Origin: Octopus vulgaris
Lineage: Eukaryota
Assembly: GCA_951406725.2 (NCBI GenBank)
Contig: OX597826.1
Span: 23,312,001-23,376,000, forward strand
DNA: 64,000 nucleotides
Direction: 5' to 3'
Each line of letters opens with the position of its first letter. The first letter of the stretch is position 1. Below the pieces are notes generated by a model. The model did not search any database. It saw only the letters and a program-made list of their open reading frames with translations, and was not told the origin of the DNA. The position numbers and the translations under genes are program-made. Shown here piece after piece: positions 15,005 to 27,700 of this stretch.

Positions 15005-15803
15005 TAAGTGCTAGTGGAGTACTGAGGGTCAAAGTAGTTGACTTCCCCCTCCCCTTAAAATAATTGACCTTGTGCTGAAATTAGATCTGATTATGCTGGT
15101 GGGAGTGTGTCTCCTTGCTGTCATTTGCATGAAACTGATCTACTCAGTGGTGTGTCATATTTCATAGCTTTCGGCAGTCTTTGGTTGTGCTTCTGACATC
15201 AAATCCTTATCAGATGTTAATTAGTACATTGACAACTTAGTCTAAAATTACCATAGACCAGCCTAAACATAGTAAATTTCCTACACATAACTTTAGACCT
15301 AAACACATATAAAAACACTCTGTCCATATAAATTGAATGAAAAAACACTAACCACTCTGCAATTATTAAAGAGCTCACTGACAATATCAGTGGACACATT
15401 TCCAATATATTTAACCCTTTTGTTACCATATTTCTGTTGACAAATGCTGCCTTTTAGATAAATTTTTAAAACAATGAATTTAGTAAAATAACATTCTAAT
15501 TATTAAACTGGTGTCTGGAATAATTTAGCATAAAATTTTGTTGGAAGATAATAATTTAGACCACTTTAAAACAGTAGTAAGTTTGTCATAGAACTTGGGG
15601 TGGTCTTAGGCAGGTTGGTATCAAAAGGGTTAATAAAGCTGCTCCTTAATATAAGATAGCATTAACTCTTTTGCAGCCATAGTTCTAATGGATTAAACCT
15701 CCTCTACATTTCCATTAATTTTGAAGCTAATCAAGAATTATGACAGGAAAGGTTTTAGGCTATAGAAAATCTACCTCAAGAAATTCCATCTGGCCCATGA
15801 TGG

Positions 15804-15848
<45 letters not shown>

Positions 15849-15849
<1 letters not shown>

Positions 15850-16237
15850 TAGCAGTATCGCCCGGCATTGCTTGGGTTTGTAAGGGAAATAACTATATAA
15901 GCATTTTTAGAGAGTTATAGCCAAAAAAATGCATTAAAAATGGAAAAAAATTTAAGGTAAATTTTTTTTGTAAATCGTTGACACATCGTAGATATTTTTA
16001 GAGAGTTACTTCCCTTATATAATAGCGAAAAAAATGCATTAAAATGGAAAAATATGATGGTAAATTTTTTTTAAATTGTAGACTCATCGTAGACTCACAC
16101 TAATACCCAGAAGGGCTCGATATGAATCACGACTATAAGATACCCGGTTTTGGTTACACTGCACCGCAAAATGTGGGAGTAGTTAGGAATCTAAATCGTA
16201 GGAGACAGACACACAACTTCACTTTTATATATAAAGA
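15849..16237 (-). mobile_element. Non-autonomous Helitron (~390 bp)
   Basis: TC...CTAG termini on the minus strand; hairpin cgcccggcattgcttggg; 5' ~230 bp nearly the same as 17915-18142; inserted at a (TA)n tract. Confidence 0.88.
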
Positions 16238-17285
16238 TATAAGCCACGTAGTTATATACACATACTTTGTTATATACACATTCTTAAAAGAAAATGTTAT
16301 TTTGAACACAACATTTATAAAGAATAAAATATTTTTTGGTTTTTCTTTTAAACGGATGCATACATTTATTAATAACTATATATAAGTGTCGTCTGTTTAT
16401 ACATAAACACTGTTTCATACTGCAAGCTCGGCTCGCCAATTAATACTACCAAAATTTAACGACAGAAAGTAAAATAAAAACCAATTTACCTTTTCTGTAT
16501 TGTTATAGCAATTCGACCGTCCGTGTGTCTTTGCAAATGTGTTGGAATGAGAAGTGAGTTGTGTTTTGGCGCCTTTTTACTAATAACAAACACACACGTG
16601 TTTGTATGTAGTTGTTTGAAACGTTTGTGTTTGTCACTGTCATATATGTATGTGTATGCGTGTGTGTGAGGAATGACACACACACACTCACGCACGCACA
16701 CATGTACATCAATGCTTTCGGAGTGAAATGTTAAAATATTGAGTTTTCTCGAATTTTGTCTTAATTGGGGGTAAAATTGAAAGAAATTTTGTATGGCATG
16801 ACCCAATGCAAGTACTTTGAAAAATCATGGGTAAACTCTAATTGAAGAAATTGTGTGAGGAGTAAATCGTTGTGTATTTATTTGTTTCTGTTTGCTGTGT
16901 TTTTTTTTTTTTAGTAGTGGTTTAAGGTACACTTCTCTCGTTTTATCGAAATAGTTTCACTTTAATCGTTGCAAACTTGCAAAGAGAAAGTCGTAGAAAT
17001 TAGAGTGATAGCGTGAGTGAATCAGATCGCTCCCTTTTTGTGTGTGTGTGTGTGTGCGTGTGCTATAGCCCACACTAAGAAAAGCACTTGACTCACACAC
17101 CACAATGTGAGTTTTCTCTAAATTTTGCTTAATTGGGGTTGAAATTTTAAAAACTGGACCTGGCACGACCCGATGCATTCTACTCTTAAAAATGCTAGGT
17201 AAATTGTAATTGAAGAAATCCTATATTGTAGATTTCTATAAGAGACAAAGGGAGGCAGATAAAATCTGCCTTTTATAATAAGAGA
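16238..17285 (-). mobile_element. Helitron-like segment of a different family (5' end only)
   Basis: Minus strand begins A|TCTCTTATTATAAAAGG at 17285; internal diverged direct repeat (16740-16850 vs 17108-17220); no CTAG end of its own seen. Confidence 0.5.
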
Positions 17286-17297
17286 TATATATATATA

Positions 17298-18142
17298 CTA
17301 GCAGAATTGCCCGGCGTTGCTCGGGGCTGAATTGCTTGAAAGTACTGTTAATGATTGCGCTGAATGATGATGATTATTCAGGCAAATATTGATATAAGTT
17401 TACGCTGGGAGATAAGGACTTAACGATCAAACGTGTGCCATTGCATTGTTTTGGGGGAACCAAATTTCTGATGAACATTATAGGGGCACCAGCTTTAAGT
17501 TTGAGAATGTGTGGTGGTAGTCCGGGGTGCTCAAAGGAATTGAGTACCTCTATTGGATAGTTGATGACGTCCTCTGGGTCAGGAGTTGTATCGATAGACT
17601 GATATACATAGACTTCCCCAGGAATGAGTTTTAGCATTTCATCATTAATATGGTGAACAGTTTTATTCCTCGGGGCCAGTATAGCCTTTTTGCCAATCCA
17701 ATCCATATTCTGATAATTAGCTTGTAGATCTGGGAACACTGCATCTCTGAGATCAGAAGGCATCTTAACAATGGTACAAATGGAATCGATGGCAATATTA
17801 CCATTTTCATCCCCTGGTATTTTGCTTTCGCCAAGTGCAATGAGGGTGTGAGGAAATGCTGCTGATGTGATATTACGTCGCATATGAGCACGCATATTGG
17901 TGTGAAGTTTGAGAGTTACTTCCCTTAATTTTAAAAAATGCATTAAAATGGGAAAAAATGATGGTAAATTATTTGTAAAATCGTAGACTCATCGTAGACA
18001 CGCGCTAATACCCAGAAAGGCTCGATATGAATCACGACTATAAGATACTCGGTTTTGGTTAAACTGCATCGCAAAATGTGGGAGTAGTTAGGAATCTAAA
18101 TCGGAGTAGACAGACACACAACCTTTCTTTTATATATAAAGA
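17298..18142 (-). mobile_element. Internally deleted Helitron carrying a helicase fragment
   Basis: Minus strand starts A|TC at 18142 and ends CTAG|T at 17298, with a subterminal GC hairpin (gcccggcgttgctcggg). No TSD. Contains the PIF1-like ORF. Confidence 0.92.
17374..17943 (-). pseudogene. Helitron RepHel PIF1-family helicase fragment (189-aa ORF)
   Basis: Motifs AILAPRNKTVHHIN, YQSID, YPIEVLNS..PGLPPHILKLKAGAPIMFIRNL and CNGTRLIV are typical of Helitron PIF1 helicases. Walker A/B and the Rep domain are absent. Confidence 0.9.
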
Positions 18143-19130
18143 TTTTCGTCCTAAAAAACTTTGTATGGAGTGAATGGTTACCTCTATGGAAATATATACA
18201 CACACATTATACATACATGTGTGTATAGATGAATATATAAATACATTTAAATATCTATATACACTTTTGGACGATCTTTCTGCTTCTTAGAGATAACTTT
18301 AGATGTTATTTTGCTTCAGAGCCACATTGTTTCAGATTTGGTACAAGTGGCTGTGTGGTAAGAAGTCTGCTTCCCAACCACATGGTTCCAGGTTCAGTCC
18401 CACTGCGTAGCACCTTGGGCAAGTGTCTCCTACTATAGCCTCAGGCCAACTAAAGCCTTGTGAGCAGATTTGGAAATTGAAAGAAGCCCATTGTATATGT
18501 GTGTGTCTGTTCCCTCATCACTGCTTGACAACTGGTGTTGGTGTGTTTATGTCCCCCATAACTTAGCAGTTCAGCAAAAGTGACTGATAGAATAAGTACT
18601 AGGCTTTAAAAAAAATAAATCCTGGGGTCAATTTGTTTGACTAAAACTCTTTAAAGCAGTGCTCCAGCATAGCCACAGTCAAATGACAGAAACAAGTAAA
18701 GGAATGTGTGAAAGGGATAGGAGGTGACGTTCCATTGTCACTGTCACCATCAGGAAGGCAGTGAACCATTGATCAGCCCAAATGACACTATTGTTCACAA
18801 TTCTGTGATGTAAAACATATAAATAACTCCCATACTGGGTCACTATAATTGATTATTTCTTCTCCCTTTCCCCCTGTCCCTCTCCCACAGAGTTGATCTT
18901 GTCTCTAGCAGCCATCGTGCTGTGGTATGACTTTCAGTATTTAGTTCCATCCTCTAACTCTTGTGAGTTCACACACTGTCAGAGTTAACAAGCCAATAGT
19001 CATGTGCTGAATTTGGTTCAGTCAACTAACCCCACCCCCACGCTGTCTCTCTCTTTCTCTCCCCTTCTTTCTCTTTCTCTGTAATACAACAGTACAACTT
19101 TTTACTTATTGTAAGAATAAATCATTATCA

Positions 19131-19493
19131 GTAGGAGTGGCTGTGTGGTAAGTAGTTTGCTTACGAACCACATGGTTCCGGGTTCAGTCCCACTGTGTGA
19201 CACCTTGGGCAAGTGTCTTCTTCTATAGCCTCGGTCCGACTAAAGCCTTGTGAGTGGATTTGGTAGATGGAAACTGAAAGAAGCCTGTCATATGTATGTT
19301 TGTGTATCTGTGTTTGTCCCCTGCCAACATCGCTTGAAAACGTCCCCGTAACTTAGCGGTTCAGAAAAAGAGTCCGATAGAATAAGTACTATGCTTACAA
19401 AAAATAAGTCCTGGGGTTGATTTGCTCAACTAAAGGCGGTGCTCCAGCATGGCCACAGTCAAATGGCAGAAGCAAGTGAAAGAAATGAAAGAA
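19131..19493 (+). mobile_element. tRNA-derived SINE family A (most abundant; representative full copy)
   Basis: A box tggctgtgtgg, B box ggttcagtccc, body ccttgggcaagtgtcttc...gaaactgaaagaagccc, central (TA/TG)n, tail ctccagcatggccacagtcaaatg. Many copies on both strands, e.g. 1950-2293(-), 18342-18705(+), 24005-24391(-), 35025-35427(-), 40561-40984(-), 63770-64000(+). Exact family name not assigned. Confidence 0.88.
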
Positions 19494-20264
19494 AGTACCC
19501 TCAATGTGGTGGCGGCAGCAGTGGCAATAAATGGTAGAATGTTAGGTCATGTGGTTAAAATTGTTACTTCCAAACACACAGTTCTAGTTTCAGTCCCACT
19601 GTGTAACACCTTTGGCAAGTCTCTTCTGATATAACTCTAGGCTGACCAGAGCCTTGTGAATGGATCTGTTGGATGGAGACTGAAAGAAGCCCATGTGTGT
19701 GTGTGTGTGTATATATATTAATAATATTAATAAGGATTACTATGAAATAACATATTTTGAATACCTAACTGAGAACAAACTGGTAATCATTTTAGGATAG
19801 TCCCTTATGTTATACATACATATATATGTGTGTGTGTGTCACTATCATATAAGCTGTATCATTTATTCATTCCCAATATTCTGCGAGAACATGTCTGACC
19901 ATGGAAAAATATTACTTTGCTTGGAAACTGGTGAGGGTTAGCAGCAGGAAAGGCATCTGGCCACGGAAAAAGGCTGTCTTAACTCTGTCCAACTCATGCT
20001 GGCATAGAAAAGCAAACATTAAAACCATGAGGATGATGATATGTATGAATTGACTGCTGAGATAGTTAACTGTCTTGATACCAACCAACCAACCCACCTT
20101 TGATAGTCACAGGTTCTATGCCATAAACTTGCTGCTCTAATCTTTTAGTATTTAAACCAGCCATGCATGACCAAAATATTCTACTTTTATGTTCAAACTG
20201 GCCATATTCAGCCTTTCACACAATCAGTATTCTGATTTGACAGACAAATCAGAATACTAAAGGG

Positions 20265-20494
20265 TTAACCCTTTTATTACTGTATTTATTTTGAGATGCT
20301 CTGTGTTTCTTTCAATTAATTTTGAATATAACAAAGAATTTAGTAAAATAACTTAGTTATCATTCTGCTAGTGTTAGGAACATAAATTGTGACTAAAGTT
20401 TGATAGAAGATTTTAATTCAAAACTTATGAAAACAAGATAATTTGTACTCAGAGCCAGAGCTGGTTTCAGCCGGGTTGCTAATGAAAGGGTTAA
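20265..20494. mobile_element. TTAA-flanked piggyBac-type MITE (representative of a multi-copy group)
   Basis: TTAA-CCCTTT...AAAGGG-TTAA. Elements with the same or decayed termini at 3005-3475, 15411-15633, 49211-49423 and 51404-51620. Confidence 0.7.
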
Positions 20495-20709
20495 AGATAT
20501 CTAAATTGAAATAAACAAAGTAGATCGTTAGAAAATTTCCATAAGAGATGAAAGTAGTAACTATACTGAGAAGTAATGTTTATCACCAACATGGCTGTTC
20601 CGTAGGAACTAGCCACTTTCCTTGTTGCAAATTCAGTGACCAGTTGTCACTTACTTTTCAATACATTGCAAGCTGGAGCAAACTACTGCTATCTCTGGCA
20701 TACAGGTGT

Positions 20710-20758
20710 CCACTGCTGAGGATGAGCGCAAATAGCTTGAAACCAGATGGTCTGGTAG
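20710..20758 (+). ncRNA. Hammerhead-like motif, partly degenerate
   Basis: ccactg-CTGAGGA(20716-22)-t-gagc gcaaata gctt-GAAA(20739-42)-cc agat gg-TC-tggtag. Complete core, stems II and III formable, stem I weak (two G-U pairs). Confidence 0.55.
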
Positions 20759-21960
20759 TCCCATTGTTGCTGGAGGGTTTGCTCCCCTGCTTGCAATATA
20801 TATCAGGTGCAGATTGCATTGATAATCAGCTACAGGAGGTATCCACCTGGGGTTAAAAACGGGAGTGAAGTCAGTTCCTACAGAATGGCCATACTAAATT
20901 GAAATTGTCCATCAAAATTTTATGCTAATTTGCCCTAAACTCCAGTTTAATAGTGATGACAAATTATTTTACTAAATTTTTCATTATTTTAAAAATTAGT
21001 TAAAATAAGGTACTGTATTCTTTTCTACTCTAGGCACAAGCATGACTGTGGTTAAGAAGCTCACTTTGCAACCACACTCGGTTTAGGTTTCAGTCCCACT
21101 GTGTGGCACCTTAGGTAGGTATCTTGTGCTATAATCCCAGGTCAAACAATAATTTGTGAGTGAATTTGGAAGCTGGAAACTGTTGTGTGTGGAGGATAGG
21201 ATTTCCTTCAGTCATGAATGACCATGGGATTGCACCTAGAAAGTTGTCTTCCAAGACACAAGTTTGGGCAAGGTTGTTTATGGAAGACCAGCAGTTGCCC
21301 ATACATACCAGCCTCCCCTTTTCATGCCACTGATGTTATCCAAGGGAAAAGCAAGGGCCAACATAGCTTGGCACCTGTGACATTGCAGCTCATTTCTACA
21401 GTTGAGTGAACTGGAGCAACATGAAATAAACTGTCTTGCTTAAGAACACAACAGACAGCCTGATCACAGAATCGAACCCACTACCTCATGATTGTGAGCG
21501 CAATGCTCTGACTACTGAGCCATGTGCTTTATATGTATGAATATATGTGCTTGTATGTTTGTCTCCTTGTCTTCACATCATATGATAGTTGTAAATGTGT
21601 ATCACTGTCCAACAATCATGTAACAGTTTCTTCATTGTCTTTTATCTTTAACTTTTATTTGTTTCAGTCATTAGACTGTGGCCATGCTGGGGCACTGCCT
21701 TGGAAAATTTTAGTTGAATGAATTGACCCTGGTACTTATTTTTCATTTCCAAGCTTAGTACTTATTCTATCAGGCTCTTTTCCCAAACTGCTGAGTTATG
21801 GGGAGGTAAACACACCAACACCGGTTGTCAAGCAGTGGTTGGGGCTCAGACACATACACACACACACACACACACATCTATATATATATATATATGAGAG
21901 AGGATGAGAAAAAAAAAATTGACACCAGAAAAACCAAATGTTACGTAATGAACTTCATTA

Positions 21961-22039
21961 GCTTACAGCTGTTTCTACTATAAGATGTGGTGGATTCTTG
22001 GTTTAGTACCAAGATAACATCCTATAGCTTCATCAGAGC
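21961..22039 (-). ncRNA. Minimal type I hammerhead ribozyme
   Basis: Minus strand reads gct-CTGATGA-a-gctataggatgt...acatcttatagt-a-GAAA-cagctg-TA-agc: 3-bp stem I, 12-bp stem II with a nested tcttggt/accaaga hairpin, palindromic stem III, GUA triplet. Lies next to (TA)n. Confidence 0.75.
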
Positions 22040-24764
22040 CTTGAATATGTAATGCACTTTATTTGGGAAAGTTACATTTTCAGAATAACATTGTGTTCTG
22101 GACCATACATATATTGAGTTCTACTCCAGGTTATTAGTTTCACTATTCCTAAGTGAAATATATCATCATCATCATCATTGTTTAATGTCCATCTTCCATG
22201 CATGCATGAGTAGGACAATTGATAGGAGCTGGCCAGGTAGGAAAACTACCCTAAGCTACTGTGTCTGTTTTGGCAGGAGTTTTACAGCTGGATGCCCTCC
22301 CTAACACCAACCACGTTACAGTGTGGATTGGATGCTTTTAACATGGCACCAGCACTGGCAAGGTAACCAAGGAATTATGAGAGGGGCAGGGGAACTTGTG
22401 TCAGAAGATGAAAGGTTAGAGTGTGACAAAGAGACGGGGGGGGGGGGCATTAGAGGAGGTAATCCAGTATCAGATGATGAAAGGTTAGTGTGTGACAGAG
22501 AAATAGCGAGGCAGAAATAGGTGTCTTGCTGTAGAGGAGATACATGGTTACCCACTGAGAGAGAGAGGTACAAGAAAGAGGCCAGAAACAAGTGTGCTGG
22601 TGTAAAGGAGATACTTGGTTACCTAGTCAGAAGGTGAGAGAAATAGTGACCAAAGGGAAATAGAGAGAGTAGGAAACAGCTAAAGTGTAAGAGAGAGCAG
22701 AAGAGAGTTGGTGTAATGCTTCTTTCTGTTTCTATCTACCAAGTAAGATCTTTGGTCAGCCCAAGGCTGTTCTAGATGACACTTACCCAAAGTGTCACAC
22801 AGTGGGACTGAACCTGGAACGATGTAGTTGGGAAGCAAACTTCTTACCCTGCAGCCATGCCTGCATCTATATTAACTTATTTATTTCAACAGGTGGAAGG
22901 TTCTTTTAAGTAACAAGCAATCACAAAGAAAATAGAAAGTAAAAAAAAAAACAAAGCATTTTTCTTTATAGCCGAAATACATTAAATTGATTTTAATTCG
23001 AGTAGCTTAAATCAAACAAGTTGATGAAATTAGCTTTTAGAATTATTCTTGTGTTGATCTTTAACAAGTGGTAAAAATGTTTTAAAACTTGTTTTAAAAA
23101 TAGCCAGGCTATGGGTTAGTTTATTTTTACTGTTGTTTCCTCTTTAAAGTGTTTCTACTTAAGTTTTATTATCTTGTTAGGTTGCACGCAAGATAATGCT
23201 ATTGGCAATCACCATAACACTGCTTCAAAGTAACAAAAGTGAGGCAATTAAACAGAATGGAGGGGCGAACTGGCCTATTATTAAAGAAACGAGTGGGAAA
23301 TACCTATGGTTAATTATTCTTATGATGGTCTTTACTTAACAAAAAAACATTAATTTACTATTTTGTTATTTCGTTTGTGGTTTTTTTTTGTGGGTGGTGG
23401 TGGTGGATGTTTTTTATTTTATTTTAGTTTATTTTATTAACTTTCATTGTCATTCTGCCAAATACTATTATCTTGTTTTTCCAAAATCTACCTGGAAATT
23501 AGCCAGCTGTAGCAGTATTTAAAAAAAGAAAGAAAAGAAAAAAAAAACAACGAATAACGTATTGTGTAAAGAATATTATTAAAATAAAGAATATTCCTGA
23601 CTATTCTGAAGCGACCCAGTTATAATGGAATGGTTAACAGATCATACAGGCATCAATACTTTATATTACAGTACAGTTTTAGTTAAACAGTCAGATGAAA
23701 GGTTTTCTATCTAAAAGAAATTCTTTGTCATCATCACCAATGTCCATTGTTCGATGGGTGCATGGGTTGGACAGAGTTTATCAAGGCAGATTTTTCTATG
23801 GTCAAATACCTTTCCTGTCGCCATCCTTTGTCTGTTTCCAAACAAGTTATTTCTCCATGGCTAGACATGGTCTCACAGAATATTTGGAAACGAATTACAA
23901 TGATACTCATTTACGACTATCACATGATGTCAGAACAAAGAGGCACAAACATATGCGCTCACTCACATGTATACCTATACACACACATGCACACATACAC
24001 ATTCTTTTATTCTTTTACTTGTTTCAGTCATTTGACTGTAGCCATAATGGAGCACCACCTTTACTCAAGTAAATCGACCCCTGGACTTATTCTTGGTAAA
24101 CCTAGTACTTATTCTATTGAACTCTTTTGCCAAACTGCTAGGTTACGGGGACTTAAAAGCACCAGCATCGGTTGTCAAGCAATGTTGGGGGTGGGTGGAC
24201 AAACACACACACACACACACACACAAACATACACACACAGGCTTCTTTCAGTTTCTGTCTACTAAATCTACTCACATGGCTTTGGTCGGGCCAATGCTAT
24301 AGTAGAAGACTCTTGCCCAAGGTGCCACGCAGTGGACCTGACCTGGAACCATGTGATTGGTAAGCAAGTTACCACACAGTCACTCTTGCGCATATGTGTA
24401 TATTATTATTATCAATCTTTTATTCTTTTATTTGCTTCAGTCATTGGATTGTGGCCATGCTGGGGCACTGCCTTGAAGGTCTTTTAGTCAAAGAAATTGC
24501 CCCCCAGGACTTATTCTTTGTATGCCGAACCATTATGTTATAGGGATGTAAATGCACCAACATCAGTTGTCAAGCGATGGCAGGGGCACACACACATATA
24601 TATAATGGGCTTCTTTCAGTTTCCATCTACCAAATTGACTCACAAAGCTTTGGCCGGCCCAAAGCTAGGCTATAACAGAAGACACTTACCCAAAGTGCCA
24701 CACAGTGGGACTGAACCCGGAACCATGTAGTTGGGAAGCAAGCTTCTTACCACACAGTCTCACC

Positions 24765-24798
<34 letters not shown>

Positions 24799-27700
24799 CG
24801 TGTGGGGTAAGGTTCCAGCTTCATCTTGTACAAATGTCTTCTGCTATAGCCTCAGGCCAACCAAAGCCTTGTGAATGGATTTGGCGGAGGGGAACTGAAA
24901 ACTTGTGTGTGTATCTTTTTGTATGTGTCTGTCCCGCACCACCACTTCATAGCTAGTGTTGGTATGTTCCTGCCCCTGTAAGTAAGCAGTTCAGCAAAAG
25001 AGGCAGAATGAATACCAGGCTTTACAAAATAAGTAATGGAGTTAATTCGTTGGACTAAAATTCTTCAAGGCAGTGCCCCAGCATGGCCACTGTCCAATGA
25101 CTGAAGCAAAAAAAGACATATGTTATAAAAAGACACGCAAAACAAGCATCTTTCAGTTTCCATCTACAGAATCAGCATGGGACTATAGTAGAAGACACCT
25201 ATCCAAGCTACCATGCAGTTGGACTGAACCCAGAGCCATGTGTTTGGGAAGCAAACTTCTTAACCACACAGCCTAGCCTGGAGCACAACCTTGAAAGGTT
25301 TAGTTGCTCAAATGAATCTCAGTATTTATTTTTTGCTGACTTCTAAGTTGCTGAGATGTGAACAAACACCAAGAAACAGGTGGTAAGACAGTTGTGTGCG
25401 TGTGTGTGTGTGTGAGTGAGACTATGACATGTATAGGCTTCTGCACAGTTTCTGTCTACCAAATTCACTCCTAAGGCATTGGTCACTATTGCTTATCTTT
25501 AATAATAAATATGAAATTCTGTCTGTCCATCCATCTGGGACCCCTGTATCTCAGTCAACATTTGCCCTACATAGACATATTATACCTTTTTGGATTCAGG
25601 ATAATCCTAGGATTGAAAATCTGTCTTTCATTTGGTTCTTGAACATCCAGCATTGGGATCAGGTCTGGATGAGGATTTGTTATATGCTAACAGTTGAAAA
25701 TTCAAATTTAAAAAAAAACTCCAAAAATTTGTGACCTTAAAAGTTTTTCATTTAAACTAATTTAAAGTAATACCATATTGGTAGGGCAATACCATATTGA
25801 CAGGCTACCAATAAATGCTTCATTATTATTGCTCTCTTTAGTTTGGGGCCACAGGCCCAATTAGCCCTCCACAGGAGCTAGCTTAAAAGTCCACACAGAG
25901 TGCAGCTTTTAAGCTATTTGTGTATAAATTGATTTGTAAATTAAGCTAATCTCATTCAAAGAATACATTTTATTTCTAACCGTTGCTGAATATCGATGAA
26001 TGATCAGCACGGACATTGAAGAGCTACCATAGAAACAGAAAGCAGAAAGAAAAACCCCCCACCAAAAAAACCCAACAAAGACGCAATTCTTTAGAAACTG
26101 TACAATGCTCGCCTTTAATACTTAAGTATTTTGTCAGCATTTTTATTTTTTGTTTTTCATGTCAGCATAAGTTAGTTTATAGAATTGTTTCTGGCCTTGG
26201 CTGCTCTGTTTATTCTTTGTTAATTGTTTGTATGGTATTCTGATTTTCCCTTCTGCTATCTCCAGATTACTTGAGGAGACAACTGGCGAGTCCTCTATAT
26301 ATTGTTGCTTGATCTGCTCGAAATAGAAGCCAAATTTCTCTCAGATCACACTGTATTAGAAAATAAAACGATAATACAGTCTTGGACATAAAAAAAAAAA
26401 AAAAAAATGATGGCCAAGGCCAGAAGATATCTCTTTGGTCATACATCTGCTCAATTAGATTGCTTTTGACCATAAACAAGATGCCAAATCTATATGCTTT
26501 GTCAATGTGCTAGAAATAACAGCCAAATCTCAGATCATACCTTACTGTCTTAGAAAATAAAATGTATTAGATAATGTAGTCCTGGGCTTACCAAAAAGGC
26601 CTGATAACCAAGGTCATAAAACAACAAGGCCCTAAGGTTCCTCTACACTTGGTTTATCTTTTAGAAATAGCAGCCAAATCTCCCTCAAATTGCATCCTAC
26701 TGTCTCAGAAGGGGAAAACATAATGTTAGACAATGTAGTCTTAGATACGTTGTGCTTTTGGTGAGGCAGTAAGAGTAGGTTGTATGGTCATGGTTGGAAT
26801 GCCATGGTTAATGATGACTAATCAGAGTGAAACAACAACAGCTGCTTTGTAAGTTCATAGGTGGCAACTTGGCCAAGTCATTAAAGTGTTGGATTGAATG
26901 TTTTGTGCAGTCTGTTCCAACTCTGTTATCTGAGTTCAAACCTTACTGAGGTCAGCTTTATCTTTTATTTTTACTCTTTCTGGGGTCAATAAAGAAGTAC
27001 CAATCATGAGCAGTGATCTGGCAGAAGTGTTAGGTCTTGCAGTGTCTGTTTTAGTTCTTTGTGTTCTGACACCAACACCGGCTTCAAACTGTATCAGTCC
27101 ATTTCAGTGGCCTTTCCCTTGGATAAACATTGATGACCATGGAGGAGAGGAACCTTGCATGAATGGGCCACTGCTAGTGTTCCTAAAAAAAAAAAGGGGG
27201 GAAGGAAAACATGCTCAGGCTTGTGCATACTTACATACTTTTGACAACAATTCTTATAGGTGCAGGACCTTGCTTTCCAACCACTTCGTTCCAGGTTCAG
27301 TCCCACTGCATTGTACCTTGGGCAAGTGTCTTAAAATCTGCCCTTCATTTGGTTTTTGAACATCCAGCATTGGGATCAGGTCTGGATGAGGATTTGTTTG
27401 TTATATGCAAACAGTTGAAATTGCAAATTTAAAAAAATAAAACTCCAAAAATTTGTGAATCTACAAACTTTTCATTTAAACTGAATTAAAGTAATACCAT
27501 ATTGGTAGGGCAATAATATTAGTAGTATACCAATAAACGCTTTATTATTACTGTTGTCTTCAATTTTGGGCCACAGGCCCAATAAGCCCTCTACAGGAGC
27601 TAGCTTGAAAGTCCTCACAAAGTGCAGCTTTTAAGCTAGTTGTGTATAAAGAAGCTCGTCGTATATATATATATATATATATAGATAGATATGTGTGTGT

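Noticed and set aside
19131-19200. tRNA-like A/B-box sequences
   Set aside because: SINE heads without a full cloverleaf; not tRNA genes.
20226-20258. Perfect 14-bp hairpin agtattctgatttg-acaga-caaatcagaatact
   Set aside because: Too short for a pre-miRNA; sits at a MITE boundary and is probably a repair or insertion scar.
23181-23338. Exon-like stretch after ttgttag with a short open frame containing GKYL
   Set aside because: No kinase motifs. In the phase required by intron 1 it reaches TAA within five codons, and the donor is weak.
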